A stretch of 64,000 nucleotides of DNA from Occultella glacieicola (GCF_004353825.1 NZ_SMNA01000001.1:186001-250000), one strand, 5' to 3'; shown: positions 48,501 to 59,118, counted from the first letter of the stretch. The notes: generated by a model from the sequence alone, not told the origin. Made by a program: numbers and translations.

Positions 48501-49846
48501 CCGAGAACACCGTCCCGGCCGGTGCGCTGTGCACCGTCACCGAGGTGGACAGCGACCTCGCCGACGGCATCGTGATCGTCGGCACCGACGTCACCGACAA
48601 CGGTGACGGCAGCGCAGAGGTCGAGATCGGCACCACCGCCGGTGAGGTCACCTTCACCAACGGCTACGACGCGGGCATCCTGCGCGTGGTCAAGGTGGTC
48701 GACGGCGACGGCGCAGGCCTCTACGGCGCCGGCCCGTTCACCTTCACGGCCGTGTGCACGTACGCGGGCGACCAGGTGCTGCTCGACGCCGAGTTCGTCC
48801 TCGACGCGAACAGTGACCGCACGTTCGGGACCTACCCGGCCGGCACCGAGTGCGTGGTCACCGAGACCGCCACCGGCGGCGCGAACGCCACCACCCTCGA
48901 CCCGGCCGACGGGGCCACCACGATCATCTCGGGACCCGACGGCGTCGGTGAGGCCGTGGTGACCGCCACGAACACGTTCGTGCTCGGCGCCCTCGAGATC
49001 GTCAAGGTCGTCGAGGGTGACGGTGCGGAGCTCTGGGGCTCCGGCCCGTTCACCGCCCAGGTGCTCTGCACCTGGGACCGGGACGGCGAGCCGGTCATGA
49101 TCGACCTCGCGAACGAGGGCATCGTGACGCTCAGCGCGGCGAACGGCTACTCGGTCACGGTCGACAACCTTCTCGTGGGTAGTGAGTGCGTGGTCACCGA
49201 GACCGCCACCGGCGGCGCGACCAGCACCATGCTCGCTCCCACCGACGGGCTCGTCACGATCCTCGATCCGGCCGCATCCGGCGATGACGAGGCCGAGGTC
49301 GCGACCGTCACCCTGACGAACGTCTTCGACGTGACCTCCCTGGCCGTCGTGAAGGTGATCGACGGCGACTGGGCCGGCAACGGTTCGGACGGACGGTTCG
49401 AGGTGGCGCTCCAGTGCACCTGGCCCGTCGACGGCGTCGAGACCGCGATCGAGATCCCCGGCGGTGCGGTTCGGGTGCTCCGGGCCCCGGACGACCTGAC
49501 GGCCGAGTTCGCCGACCTGCCGGTCGGCGCGGACTGTGTGCTCACCGAGTCCGTCACCGGCTCGGCGGACTCCGTGTCGATCACGGTGGCGATCGACGGG
49601 ACCGACTCCGTGACCACCGAGACGGCGACGGCGGACGTGCCGCTCTCGAGCACCACCGGGTCCGGCCAGGCCCTGGCGACGGTCACCAACACCTACGACC
49701 CGGTGCCGATCGGTCCCGGCGCCGCCGGCCAGGCCGGTGCGGGCATCCCGGTCACCGGCGTGGAGGCGGGCCTGCTCGCGGCGGTCGCCGCGCTATTGAT
49801 CGGGACCGGCGTGTACCTGGTGATCCGCCGCCGCCGGAACGCCTGA
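42518..49846 (+). CDS. Second giant (about 2,440 aa) sortase-type surface protein, paralogue of 33736..41235
   Basis: Signal peptide ending ALA; same domain series; five C-terminal Cys-pair repeats; IPVTG (49745-49759) + TM + RRRR tail. Confidence 0.88.
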   Translation: MTRNEKIMLGRRARATGRWRVIWAAMLAVVLAGPLAGLGAGAALAAPGDPQYLTVTKTVAPEVVSPGQTFTYTISVNCSEASCLNAVLEDSLPPDLAGYAVQDVAIAPNENTIPREVTWTVDGAAGDAAPAAVTADTHLRVDFTGAVISPVGTGLENGQTLSVTITLQVPATVAPGDHLITNTASTTADNSNPDSDDATVTVRVPQIIDVSVTKAWAPAEQSYSPGAASTIDLSVTNTSNGPVETLVLTEPAAAADGATALDASNPFTITDFTGFSTTTLPAGADAVQVDVYVEQGDGTWAWQAGVPGTAVTLPDGVAPGDVGGVRLTYSGVAIEADAVATVALGLAQRTTHRNTGDSLGAATHTVDNVVAGSATVEGRDPATDTASATFSVVPMRLGVSTTKNISPDRIAAGDEATATIGLTNESAGGVDELRVADLGYFTDTITFGGFVSAPTWPDGAESAQVIYHPLDGGAPQEVVFTQGQLPAAPAGPISGFEVVFTAPDGGIAPGSSSVFDILISSTEDAVAEGETLPTTNTVDAELTAPNGLTVTDSDDAALTLVYPAIDIALAKSVRPSTTVQPGESVVTRLETNLTTTSDYITANRIVVEDAATGTVGDFWDGFDLSSVAPTQVPSETALTIEARAADGTWLELAVFGAQAAPFLASLTAAEIAAALPTGVDTTDLTGIRFTFDNETDAGFASDTTVTPYFSAQARDTLRSGADIPETATAYQNVATAAGSGETEDGTEINDADTGDGSATVEPNPGIGPVGIEKAWNQPSVPAQTSEQRSTTLSWSVGSGYEGVQISDPTNPDAPADSVFEAFDLVRVEGIGADADPYSNGWHLRYDLITAVELYSGGAWVEASAPAGGWIQNGAFAGYGLSDPERADTTGVRITLAENEAARLAATQTGPAYDPYAPAVGSGVGFAGPDRQFSMTWQLRDQMRPSGDWVTGEALYNTPDAGGVNNTALLEATPTGGGEPATDTADDTIIVQDFGPGVEVTKSADPTTDLYIPVAGTPAQNYPTTTFTMTANSDSVARASYVRVTDPPACTDAGEVSLCQSAGTAAGAIGDPFTADVEWLTAGGIGNPFDRFDLTAVRIGASIPAEVDLAASPVWLLRYDAGTYSTEQSTAAAVNATDRADLADVVGISVTFQGSDPATTGGTITAANRLTVSLDAQARTTVRSTGADQVVGAGQRVDVTNRVFAQSYDPILSDGVVTGDQAAASVQLSGGDINVGPTKSVTPDALTAPTRDTPVTVTLGANQGVSPASTLPPAEVRVTDDVTTSPEFWSAFALTGLADIAAPAGADQVRVSVLGPFGADGESAWVDGEPTAVADAELPVAADAYADVQGIAFAFSRADGAFFSSALPAPTWSATAAFTVQLREQHYGTDDPVALEGTIINTVTAVSDRRNGEVSPERTADAVIGLSAGTHEITVQKLANDGNRFASPGALVPWDLSFTNTGTGYLTVTELRDTLPASLVYLGDEPVVTPDPDGLLPGAVTVVEEGQDLVFTWPADGNRMAPGETITIRLLLELQPGLSAGQTAENTMTVRTEENLTSCANIVPGGAITNAWAQDDTTCGTTDHVAPAPGPNLYTIKGVRGELAGAINPAMPQMECRQNLTATGGDYFRTPCAANSLIGGTDQWVLRTLNAGTVTVDELTIFEQLPTAGDQQLISGSGRGSVYRPELIGDLLVTAPEGATTTVEVTTSAGVCVGTWGNLAAQEVCEQNGEQWEPAGDATDWAAVTGLRITVDFSTTAAGVLTPGQFVDVTYSSVNMPASAELPGGAPSDVPAADSFAWNQFGVKFRNTGTSAYGKVAPSRVGVHLMAGAIEIDKVVTGPAVGYAPTAFTADLVCTIEGVQLGLGEHDVLELDESNGYTQRVDGIPVGAACTVTETGELGSFGETSRTGSPVTLTVTEPTAVGQDVPAAQLATITNDYRFTGLSVTKLVATEATEGEFGPFDFTLTCASALGTPVTFDGDATEVTFSLADGATWVAPENTVPAGALCTVTEVDSDLADGIVIVGTDVTDNGDGSAEVEIGTTAGEVTFTNGYDAGILRVVKVVDGDGAGLYGAGPFTFTAVCTYAGDQVLLDAEFVLDANSDRTFGTYPAGTECVVTETATGGANATTLDPADGATTIISGPDGVGEAVVTATNTFVLGALEIVKVVEGDGAELWGSGPFTAQVLCTWDRDGEPVMIDLANEGIVTLSAANGYSVTVDNLLVGSECVVTETATGGATSTMLAPTDGLVTILDPAASGDDEAEVATVTLTNVFDVTSLAVVKVIDGDWAGNGSDGRFEVALQCTWPVDGVETAIEIPGGAVRVLRAPDDLTAEFADLPVGADCVLTESVTGSADSVSITVAIDGTDSVTTETATADVPLSSTTGSGQALATVTNTYDPVPIGPGAAGQAGAGIPVTGVEAGLLAAVAALLIGTGVYLVIRRRRNA
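48848..49220 (+). repeat. Exact 37-nt direct repeat in adjacent modules of the second surface protein
   Basis: GAGTGCGTGGTCACCGAGACCGCCACCGGCGGCGCGA at 48848-48884 and 49184-49220. Confidence 0.85.
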
Positions 49847-49955
49847 GGTGATGCTGCACGCCTGATCCGGAAGGGCTGCCGGCTCAGCCGCACTCGACGC
49901 TCGCGGCTGAGCCTGGTTGACTGCTCGGACGACTCGATGTCTGGAGCAGACCCCT

Positions 49956-52490
49956 ATGCCTGAGTTGTCCCGCCGTCACGTCCTCGCCCTGATCCCGGCC
50001 ACCGGCCTGCTGACCGTGGGCCTGCCGCTGCGCGCGCTCGCCGATGAGCAGGCCGATCGGGCCCGGCTGCTCACGAACACCGTGGCCATCCTGGCCGGCA
50101 CCGCCGAGGTGAACCAGCGGCCGGAGGCGGCCGTGAAGCTCGCCGCGATCCAGGACACGGCGCGGGCCTACCTCACCCAGATGGACCAGGCCGGCCCCTC
50201 CGAACTGTTCGCGGGCGTGCCGCTCGGGGAGAACGACGCCAACATCACCCAGTCCTACAACCGGCTGCTCCAGATCGCGGTGGCGACCCGGACCGACGGG
50301 GTGGAGTCCGAACTCGTCGGGAACACCGACGTGCAGCGCCGCGTCATCGACGGCCTGGACTGGCTGCACGAGAACTACGTCGGGGACCAGGCGGCGGGCT
50401 ACTACGGCAACTGGCACAACTGGGAGATCGGGTTCCCCTCCCACGCCACCCGCACCCTCGTGCTGCTCGCCGACCAGGTGGCCTCGTACCGGCCCGACCT
50501 GGTCGGGACCTACGTCGCGACGATGGACGCATACCTGCGCAACGGCATCGACGGGGACGTGGATCTCGACTCCCGCTTCCACACCGGGGCGAACCTCGCC
50601 GACATCACCACGAACCGCTTCCTGCAGGGCGCCCTGCTCGGCGACGACGCCCGGATCAGCAAGGCCATCGCGGACCAGTCGACGGTGTTCGCGACCATCG
50701 ATCCGTATCACCTCGAGCACGGCAACACCGACGGCTACTACGCCGATGGTTCATTCATCCAGCACCACTCGGTCGCCTACACCGGCTCCTACGGCAAGGT
50801 CCTGCTCGGGCGGATCGCGCAGACGATCAAGATGCTCGACGGCGCCACCTCCGCCGGCGGCGACGCTCTCGTCGCGGTCGTGCAGGCCTGGGTGACGAAC
50901 GGCTTCGCCCCGTTGATCTTCGAGGGCTGGATGATGGAGGTCGTCAAGGGCCGCGCCGTCTCGCGGACGACCACCGGGTACGTCGACGTGCGCGCCGTCG
51001 CGGAAGCGGTCGTCGACCTCGCCGGCTACGCCGTCGGCGACGATGCGACGGCCATCAAGGGCTACGTGAAGTTCCTGAACGACTCCTCGCCGGTCTCGCT
51101 GAACCCGGACTCGTTCGCCTCGCCCGTGAGTGTGGTCCGGTTCGCGGACATCGTCGCGGACGAGACCGTCCCCGCCGCGGACCTGAACGCCGCCGCGCGC
51201 AACGTCGCGTTCAACGCCATGGACAAGACGGTGCACCGCCGCCCCGGCTACGCGTTCGCCCTCGCCCGGTCCTCGGACCGGATCAGCAAGTACGAATACA
51301 TGAACGGCGAGAACCTGATGCCCTGGTTCCAGGGCGACGGCGCGCACTACCTCTACCTGGCCGGCCAGGACCAGACTCGGGCGTTCGGCGTCGACTACTT
51401 CACCGCCGTCTCCCCGTACCGGCTGTCCGGCGTGACCGCTCCCGACGGGGAGCGCCGCACGATCCCGGACCTGTACGGGCAGTTCTGGTACGAGAACCCG
51501 GACCACCCGCTCGCCTTCACGTCCTCCTCGGAGTCGCAGAACACCTACGTGTACTTCCCGCGCGGGACGAACCAGGTGTCCGGGGGAGCGAGCCTGGGCG
51601 CCTACGGCACCGCCGCCCTCGTGCTCTCCGACGACGTCGCGCACGTCGACAAGCAGGCCGGGGTCCTGCCCGAGGACTTCGTCACATACCCGAACGCCCG
51701 CGCGACGAAGTCGTGGTTCATGCTCGACGACGAGATCGTGGTGTTGGCCGCCGGCATCGCCGGTGGGGCGGGGCGTGGCGCCGTCACCACGCTCGACAGC
51801 CGCATCGCGGACCCCGCCGACGGCGTCGAGGTCACCGGTGCGCTCGCGGACGGGGCCGCGTGGACGGGCGACGGCGTGGCGCCGCTGGCCTGGGTGCGGT
51901 GGGAGAACCCGGGCGAGCAGGCCGCCGTCGGCTACGTCCTGCTCGATTCCCAGGAGGTGACCGTCGAACTGGAGCGGGTCACCCGCAGCCGCCGCGTGGT
52001 GCGCGCCTCGAACCCGAACACCTCGGTCACCAAGGACGTGTTCTCGGTGTCGGTGGACCATGCGGCCGACGGCGCGCATGCGCTCGCCTACGCCCTGGTG
52101 CCGAACGCCGGCCCCGACCAGCTGGCCGGCTATTCGGGCGGCCCGCTGCAGGTCCTCGCGAACACGACCGACATCCAGGCGATCAAGCAGGCGCAACTCG
52201 GCATCGTCGCCGCGAACACCTTCACCGACGGCCGCCATCAGGCCGAGCGCCTGACCGTCGACGGTCCGGCCGCCGTGGTCCTACGTCAGCAGGGACGCCG
52301 GCTGGAGATCGGCGTCAGCGACCCGACCATGGGCCGCGAGGAGGTCACGCTGGTGATCCGTGGCCGTAACCGGGGCCTGCTGAGCGCCGACGACGGCGTC
52401 ACGGTCGGCCAGGTGACCGGTGGCACCTCGATCGTGGTGAACACCGCGCAGGCCTACGGGCGCACCTTCACCGCCGTCCTGGAGGTCTGA
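49956..52490 (+). CDS. Polysaccharide lyase family 8 (hyaluronate/chondroitin/xanthan lyase type), Tat-type signal
   Basis: SRRHVL signal; NWHNWEIG, TGANLAD, DGSFIQH, YTGSYG, KGRAVSR, YEYMNGEN, KSWFMLDDEIV. Confidence 0.88.
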   Translation: MPELSRRHVLALIPATGLLTVGLPLRALADEQADRARLLTNTVAILAGTAEVNQRPEAAVKLAAIQDTARAYLTQMDQAGPSELFAGVPLGENDANITQSYNRLLQIAVATRTDGVESELVGNTDVQRRVIDGLDWLHENYVGDQAAGYYGNWHNWEIGFPSHATRTLVLLADQVASYRPDLVGTYVATMDAYLRNGIDGDVDLDSRFHTGANLADITTNRFLQGALLGDDARISKAIADQSTVFATIDPYHLEHGNTDGYYADGSFIQHHSVAYTGSYGKVLLGRIAQTIKMLDGATSAGGDALVAVVQAWVTNGFAPLIFEGWMMEVVKGRAVSRTTTGYVDVRAVAEAVVDLAGYAVGDDATAIKGYVKFLNDSSPVSLNPDSFASPVSVVRFADIVADETVPAADLNAAARNVAFNAMDKTVHRRPGYAFALARSSDRISKYEYMNGENLMPWFQGDGAHYLYLAGQDQTRAFGVDYFTAVSPYRLSGVTAPDGERRTIPDLYGQFWYENPDHPLAFTSSSESQNTYVYFPRGTNQVSGGASLGAYGTAALVLSDDVAHVDKQAGVLPEDFVTYPNARATKSWFMLDDEIVVLAAGIAGGAGRGAVTTLDSRIADPADGVEVTGALADGAAWTGDGVAPLAWVRWENPGEQAAVGYVLLDSQEVTVELERVTRSRRVVRASNPNTSVTKDVFSVSVDHAADGAHALAYALVPNAGPDQLAGYSGGPLQVLANTTDIQAIKQAQLGIVAANTFTDGRHQAERLTVDGPAAVVLRQQGRRLEIGVSDPTMGREEVTLVIRGRNRGLLSADDGVTVGQVTGGTSIVVNTAQAYGRTFTAVLEV

Positions 52491-52506
52491 GCGCCGCGGA
52501 CGTCCG

Positions 52507-52896
52507 TCAGGCGAGCGCCTTGGCCTTCAGTGCGGCGAACTCGCGTTCGTCGATCGCGCCGCTGTCGAGCAGGGCCTTGGCATCGCTGATCTGGGCGGCC
52601 GGCGTCGAGGCCGGCGCGCCGGCGGCGACGCTGCGGATGTAGGCGTCGGTCTCGGCGCGGGCCTGGGTCATCTGCTCGGCCTGGCGGTTCCCCATGCTCC
52701 GGCCCCGCGCGATGATGTAGATGAAGGCCGAGATGAACGGCACGACCACCAGCGCGATCACCCACAGCGCCTTCAACCAGCCGCTGAGTTGCCGGTCCCG
52801 GAAGATGTCCGCGACGATCTGGAACAGGATCACGAGGTACATCACGAACGCGAACCACCAGATCATCAGCCAGAACCAGTCCATGAAACTGTTCAT
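52507..52896 (-). CDS. PLDc_N-like two-TM + SHOCT domain membrane protein
   Basis: DIFRDRQLSGWLKALW..PFISAFIYIIARG; C-terminal AKALLDSGAIDEREFAALKAKAL. Confidence 0.85.
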   Translation of the reverse strand: MNSFMDWFWLMIWWFAFVMYLVILFQIVADIFRDRQLSGWLKALWVIALVVVPFISAFIYIIARGRSMGNRQAEQMTQARAETDAYIRSVAAGAPASTPAAQISDAKALLDSGAIDEREFAALKAKALA

Positions 52897-52959
52897 GAGA
52901 GCACCCTTCCTCGGGGTTGTCGCGTGAGGAAAGAATCGGCCGTACCGGCCGGGGTGTCG

Positions 52960-53015
52960 TCACGCAGAACACGTGAAGTTCCGGGTGGGGCACCCGGTTC
53001 ATCTGAACGACGTGA
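52960..53015. promoter_or_regulatory. Two TCAYS-N7-SRTGA boxes between divergent SHOCT and CMD genes
   Basis: TCACG-CAGAACA-CGTGA 52960-52976 and TCATC-TGAACGA-CGTGA 52999-53015; minus-strand GATTCT -10 candidate at 52937-52932 (22 nt gap). Confidence 0.65.
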
Positions 53016-53094
53016 TGCGCGAGCCGTCGCCATGTGGCTCAATTCGTGCACGGCCCGCGAGCGTTCGGGTCCACCACCACCGAGGGATGACAAC

Positions 53095-53412
53095 GTGAGC
53101 TACGACCGGTTGCGCCGGATCGCCCTCAACGACGCGCACCTGGAGGCGGAGCTCGAACTCGAGCCGACCTCGCTGGAGCCCCGGGTGCACGCACTGGTGC
53201 GTCTGGCCGCCCTGGTCGCCATCGGGGGAGCCGAGCCGAGCTACGGCAGCGAGGTCGACGAGGCGATCTCGGCGGGGGTGACGACGACCGAGATCGTCGA
53301 TGTCCTCGCGACGGTCGCCCCGATCGTCGGGCTCCCCACCGTGGTCTCGGCCGGGTCGAAGGTGGCCCTGGCGCTCGGCCTCGACCCGTTCGGCCCCGAC
53401 CCGCGCGAGTGA
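53095..53412 (+). CDS. Carboxymuconolactone decarboxylase (CMD/AhpD-like) family protein
   Basis: LEPRVHALVRLAALVAIG, AISAGVTTTEIVDVL..VGLP; GTG with GAGGGA RBS. Confidence 0.75.
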   Translation: MSYDRLRRIALNDAHLEAELELEPTSLEPRVHALVRLAALVAIGGAEPSYGSEVDEAISAGVTTTEIVDVLATVAPIVGLPTVVSAGSKVALALGLDPFGPDPRE

Positions 53413-53418
53413 GGGTGC

Positions 53419-55665
53419 TCAGTCGCCGAGCAGCCCCCTGGCGATGGCCCGGCGCACGGCCGCGCCGCGGGAGGTGACGCCGAGCTTGCGGTAGATCGAC
53501 CCGATCTCGGTGCTCGCGGTGTTCCTGGACACGTACAGCCGCTCGGCGATCTCCCGGATCGTGAGGTAGGTCTGGAGATAGGGCAGGAGGCGCAGCTCGG
53601 CCGGGGAGAGCGGCGGCGTCCCCGGGCCCGCCCGGTCCGGACCCGAGTCGAGCCGCTCCCGAAGGGCGGTGACCTCCTCACCGAGGGTTCCCAGGTTCGG
53701 CCGCCGCTCCAGCACGTCGTCGATCTCGCGCAGCAGGTGGCGCACCGTGACGTGATCGCCGATGGCCCAGCTCGTGCGCGCGAGATGGAGCCGTGCCCGC
53801 ACGGCCAGGCTCGGGAACGCATACGTACAGAACACCCGGACCCGCATGCCGCTGCGCAGGTGTTGCTGGGCCGACGCGAGGTCACCGTCGTGCAGCGCGA
53901 GGCGTGCCGCCGCGGCGAACGCCAGGGCACTCGGCGGGTAGTCCTCCATCCGGTGCCTCGCGACCGCGTCGACGGCTCGCTGGATCCGGGTTCGAGCGCC
54001 CTCCCAGCGGCCGCCGTCCATCTCGAGCTGGGCAAGTTGGGCCTCGCTGAAGATCAGGGTGTCGCCGTGGCCGACGTCATGCGCGGCGGCGATAGCGGAC
54101 CTGAAGTGACGTGTCGCTGCCGGCACGTCGCCGTCGAGCAGGGCGGCGTCGCCGCCGAGGGCGTGCGCGGTGTCCCGCCAGACGCTCAGCGGTTTCTCGC
54201 TCGCCATGGCGAGCCGGGTGTCGGCGAGCATCCGGTCCGGCCCCTCCGGACACCGGAGCGCGCGGAACATGGCCTGCGCCGAGGCGTACGAGGCGGAGCC
54301 GTCGAGGCCCGCACCGTCGAAGGAGGAGCGGTCGACGATCGATCCCCAATGCTCCGCCGCAGTGGCGTGTCCTTGATAGGCCGCCACGTACCCGGCCAGG
54401 ACTGCGAGCGGCGGATAGCCCGCGATGGCGGCGTCGCCGAGTGCATGCAGCCAGCGGTCGACCGTTGCGATCCGCCCGGACTGGACCGAGGTCATCACGA
54501 TCCGGGTGATGAGGCGCACGCATCGGTCCCGGTGCGGCGTGGGCAGGAGCATCTCGACGGCGCGACGGGGCAGGTCGTGTGCCTCGTACCAGTCGGCCGC
54601 ACGAACCCGGAGGTCGTCGCTGAGCCCCGGCTCACGCGTCATGAGCTCACCGAGCAGGAACTCGCGGAAGAGCGCGTGGTATCGGAACCACTCGCGGTGC
54701 CGGTCGAGGGGGATCAGGAAGAGGCTCGAGCCCTCCACCCGGCGCAGCATCCGCTTCGCATCCTGCCCTCCGAGCACGGCGTCGCACAGGGGCGCGGACA
54801 CCTGTTCGAGCAACGCGGTCCGGCGAAGGAAGCGCCGCATCTCGGCGGGGAGCCGTAGATAGGCCTCGCGTTGCAGGTAGTCGGCGACGTACGGATCCGC
54901 TCCGGACATCATGGCGGCGTCGCCGGCGTCGTGCCCGGCGATCAACGCGGCGAGGTAGATCCCGGCAGGCCAGCCCTCGGTCCGATCGGTGACCGCCTCG
55001 AGCGTGTCGGGCGTGACGACCACCTGGGAGGCGGCGAAGATCTGCCGGGCGCCCTCGACGTCGAGGGTCAGATCGTCGGCGACGATCTCGAGTGCCCGGC
55101 CCTCGGCGCGGAGCCTGGGTAGGTGGGGTTGCTCGGACCGGCTCGCGATGACGACCTGGGATCCGGCCGGGATCGCCCCGAGGACCAGGGCCAGAACGTC
55201 ATGGCAGGCGGTGGAGCGGACCTCCTGCAGGTCGTCGAGCAGGAGCACGAAGGGCGTGTCGATGCCCGCGATCGCGGACGCCAGCCGCGGCGCGGCGCGG
55301 CCGAGCATCGACGGGCCGGCCGTGACCATGTCCCGGGGTAGGTCGTGGCCGGTGCCGTCCAGCCCGGCGAATGCCGAGGCGATGACGGTGAGGAGGCTGA
55401 GCGGGTCGTCGTCCCAGCGGTCGAGTGAGATCCACAGCACGGCGCGGGTGTCCCGATGCGCCCACTGCGTCAACAGGCTCGACTTGCCGTACCCGGCAGG
55501 CGCGGTCAGTCCGACGACGCGTTGGCCGCTCCGGATGCTCGTGTCGATCAGCCCCGCCCGACTGACCGCGTTCGGCCGTAGGCCCGGCACGTCGAACTTC
55601 GCATCATGGAGTCGGCGGGCTAGCCCCCCAGTCGCCGCCGCCGTGATCGGCATGTGGCTCACCAC
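53419..55665 (-). CDS. MalT-like STAND ATPase with C-terminal LuxR HTH
   Basis: APAGYGKS, LLLDDLQ, TEGWPAG, WFRYHALF; C-terminal LSPAELRLL..IAERLYVSRNT..IYRKLGV; GTG 55665 is 6 nt after TATCGT (alternative ATG 55653). Confidence 0.9.
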   Translation of the reverse strand: MVSHMPITAAATGGLARRLHDAKFDVPGLRPNAVSRAGLIDTSIRSGQRVVGLTAPAGYGKSSLLTQWAHRDTRAVLWISLDRWDDDPLSLLTVIASAFAGLDGTGHDLPRDMVTAGPSMLGRAAPRLASAIAGIDTPFVLLLDDLQEVRSTACHDVLALVLGAIPAGSQVVIASRSEQPHLPRLRAEGRALEIVADDLTLDVEGARQIFAASQVVVTPDTLEAVTDRTEGWPAGIYLAALIAGHDAGDAAMMSGADPYVADYLQREAYLRLPAEMRRFLRRTALLEQVSAPLCDAVLGGQDAKRMLRRVEGSSLFLIPLDRHREWFRYHALFREFLLGELMTREPGLSDDLRVRAADWYEAHDLPRRAVEMLLPTPHRDRCVRLITRIVMTSVQSGRIATVDRWLHALGDAAIAGYPPLAVLAGYVAAYQGHATAAEHWGSIVDRSSFDGAGLDGSASYASAQAMFRALRCPEGPDRMLADTRLAMASEKPLSVWRDTAHALGGDAALLDGDVPAATRHFRSAIAAAHDVGHGDTLIFSEAQLAQLEMDGGRWEGARTRIQRAVDAVARHRMEDYPPSALAFAAAARLALHDGDLASAQQHLRSGMRVRVFCTYAFPSLAVRARLHLARTSWAIGDHVTVRHLLREIDDVLERRPNLGTLGEEVTALRERLDSGPDRAGPGTPPLSPAELRLLPYLQTYLTIREIAERLYVSRNTASTEIGSIYRKLGVTSRGAAVRRAIARGLLGD

Positions 55666-55739
55666 AGGGAAACGATAGGGCCGTGCCGGGCCGAGCGGGG
55701 GTGCTTTGACGTCCGGATCGGTCGAGGGTCGCCCCCATT

Positions 55740-55756
55740 TCACGCGGTCCGCGTGA
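55740..55756. promoter_or_regulatory. Perfect palindrome TCACGCGG-T-CCGCGTGA upstream of arylsulfatase
   Basis: 8-1-8 inverted repeat; TAGCGT -10 candidate at 55779-55784 (22 nt gap). Confidence 0.75.
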
Positions 55757-55829
55757 TGGCAGCCCCGCCCGAGCCTCCTAGCGTCGCAATGGTCACCGAC
55801 GTCCACGCCGACCTCAGCGGAGGAAACCG

Positions 55830-58193
<2,364 letters not shown>

Positions 58194-58228
58194 GGCCGGC
58201 GGACGTCCGATCATCGGCGCCGCGGCCG

Positions 58229-58254
58229 CCGGCCGGCGCACGTGCGCCGGCCGG
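58229..58254. terminator. Perfect 26-bp GC-rich palindrome between convergent genes (possible bidirectional terminator)
   Basis: CCGGCCGGCGCAC/GTGCGCCGGCCGG; no U-tract. Confidence 0.5.
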
Positions 58255-58270
58255 TCCAGCCCCTCGGTGC

Positions 58271-58756
58271 TCAGGCGGCGAGCAGGTCGTCGATCTGGTT
58301 GATGGCGGAGGTGGCGCCCTCGACGACCCCCATGTCGAGCACCTGCTGCAACGCGTCGGCAGTCGCGTAGGTCGAGACGTAGGTGGCCCGGGTCCCGCCG
58401 TCGGTGGCCGCGAACGCGTAGGAGTTCTGGCTCACCGGCAGGTCCGTCGTGACATTGAAGTCGGCGTCGGCGAACGCGTCCTCGAACGTGAAGCCGGACG
58501 GCTCGGCCACGGTCGTGATGTCCCAGACGCCGGCGTGCTTCTCACCCTCCGGGCTGGTCATGTAGTACGTCGACCGGCTGCCCGGGGTCAGCGAGTGGTC
58601 CACGAAGGTGGCCGGGTACGTGGGCGGACCGAAGACCCGCTCGAGCTGGCGCGGGTCGGCGTACACGTCCCAGACGCGGGAGACCGGCGCGGCGAACTCG
58701 GCCACGATGGTCAGGGTCAGGTTGTCCATGTCGTGCTTGACGTCGGTGACAGGCAT
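58271..58756 (-). CDS. SRPBCC / AHSA1-like ligand-binding protein
   Basis: FAAPVSRVWDVYADP..FGPP, YYMTSPEG, MGVVEG. Confidence 0.85.
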   Translation of the reverse strand: MPVTDVKHDMDNLTLTIVAEFAAPVSRVWDVYADPRQLERVFGPPTYPATFVDHSLTPGSRSTYYMTSPEGEKHAGVWDITTVAEPSGFTFEDAFADADFNVTTDLPVSQNSYAFAATDGGTRATYVSTYATADALQQVLDMGVVEGATSAINQIDDLLAA

Positions 58757-58757
58757 G

Positions 58758-59108
58758 TCACTCGTTCCTCTCGGTTGGTGTTGCGATCAGTTCGTCGATG
58801 CGGGCGATCCGGCCGCGCCAGAGTGACTCGAGGTCGGTGAGCATCGAGCCCACCGACCGGACCGCCTCCACGTCGCCACTGGCGAGGGCCTCCCGGCCCA
58901 CGCGCCGCTTGGTGATCAGGCCGGCCCGCTCCAGGACGGCGACGTGCTTCTGTACCGCGGCGAAGCTCATGTCGTACCTCGCCGCGAGCGCCGAGACCGA
59001 GTGTTCCCCGGCCAGCACGCGGCGCAGGATGTCCCGCCGCGTCCGGTCGGCCAGCGCGTGGAACATGGCATCAGCCCGGTCCTCGTTCTGGTCCTCGGTC
59101 GTGGTCAC
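58758..59108 (-). CDS. ArsR/SmtB family regulator
   Basis: FHALADRTRRDIL, MSFAAVQKHVAVLERAGL; GTG 59108 is 6 nt after TATGTT. Confidence 0.88.
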   Translation of the reverse strand: MTTTEDQNEDRADAMFHALADRTRRDILRRVLAGEHSVSALAARYDMSFAAVQKHVAVLERAGLITKRRVGREALASGDVEAVRSVGSMLTDLESLWRGRIARIDELIATPTERNE

Positions 59109-59118
59109 GGGAACAACA

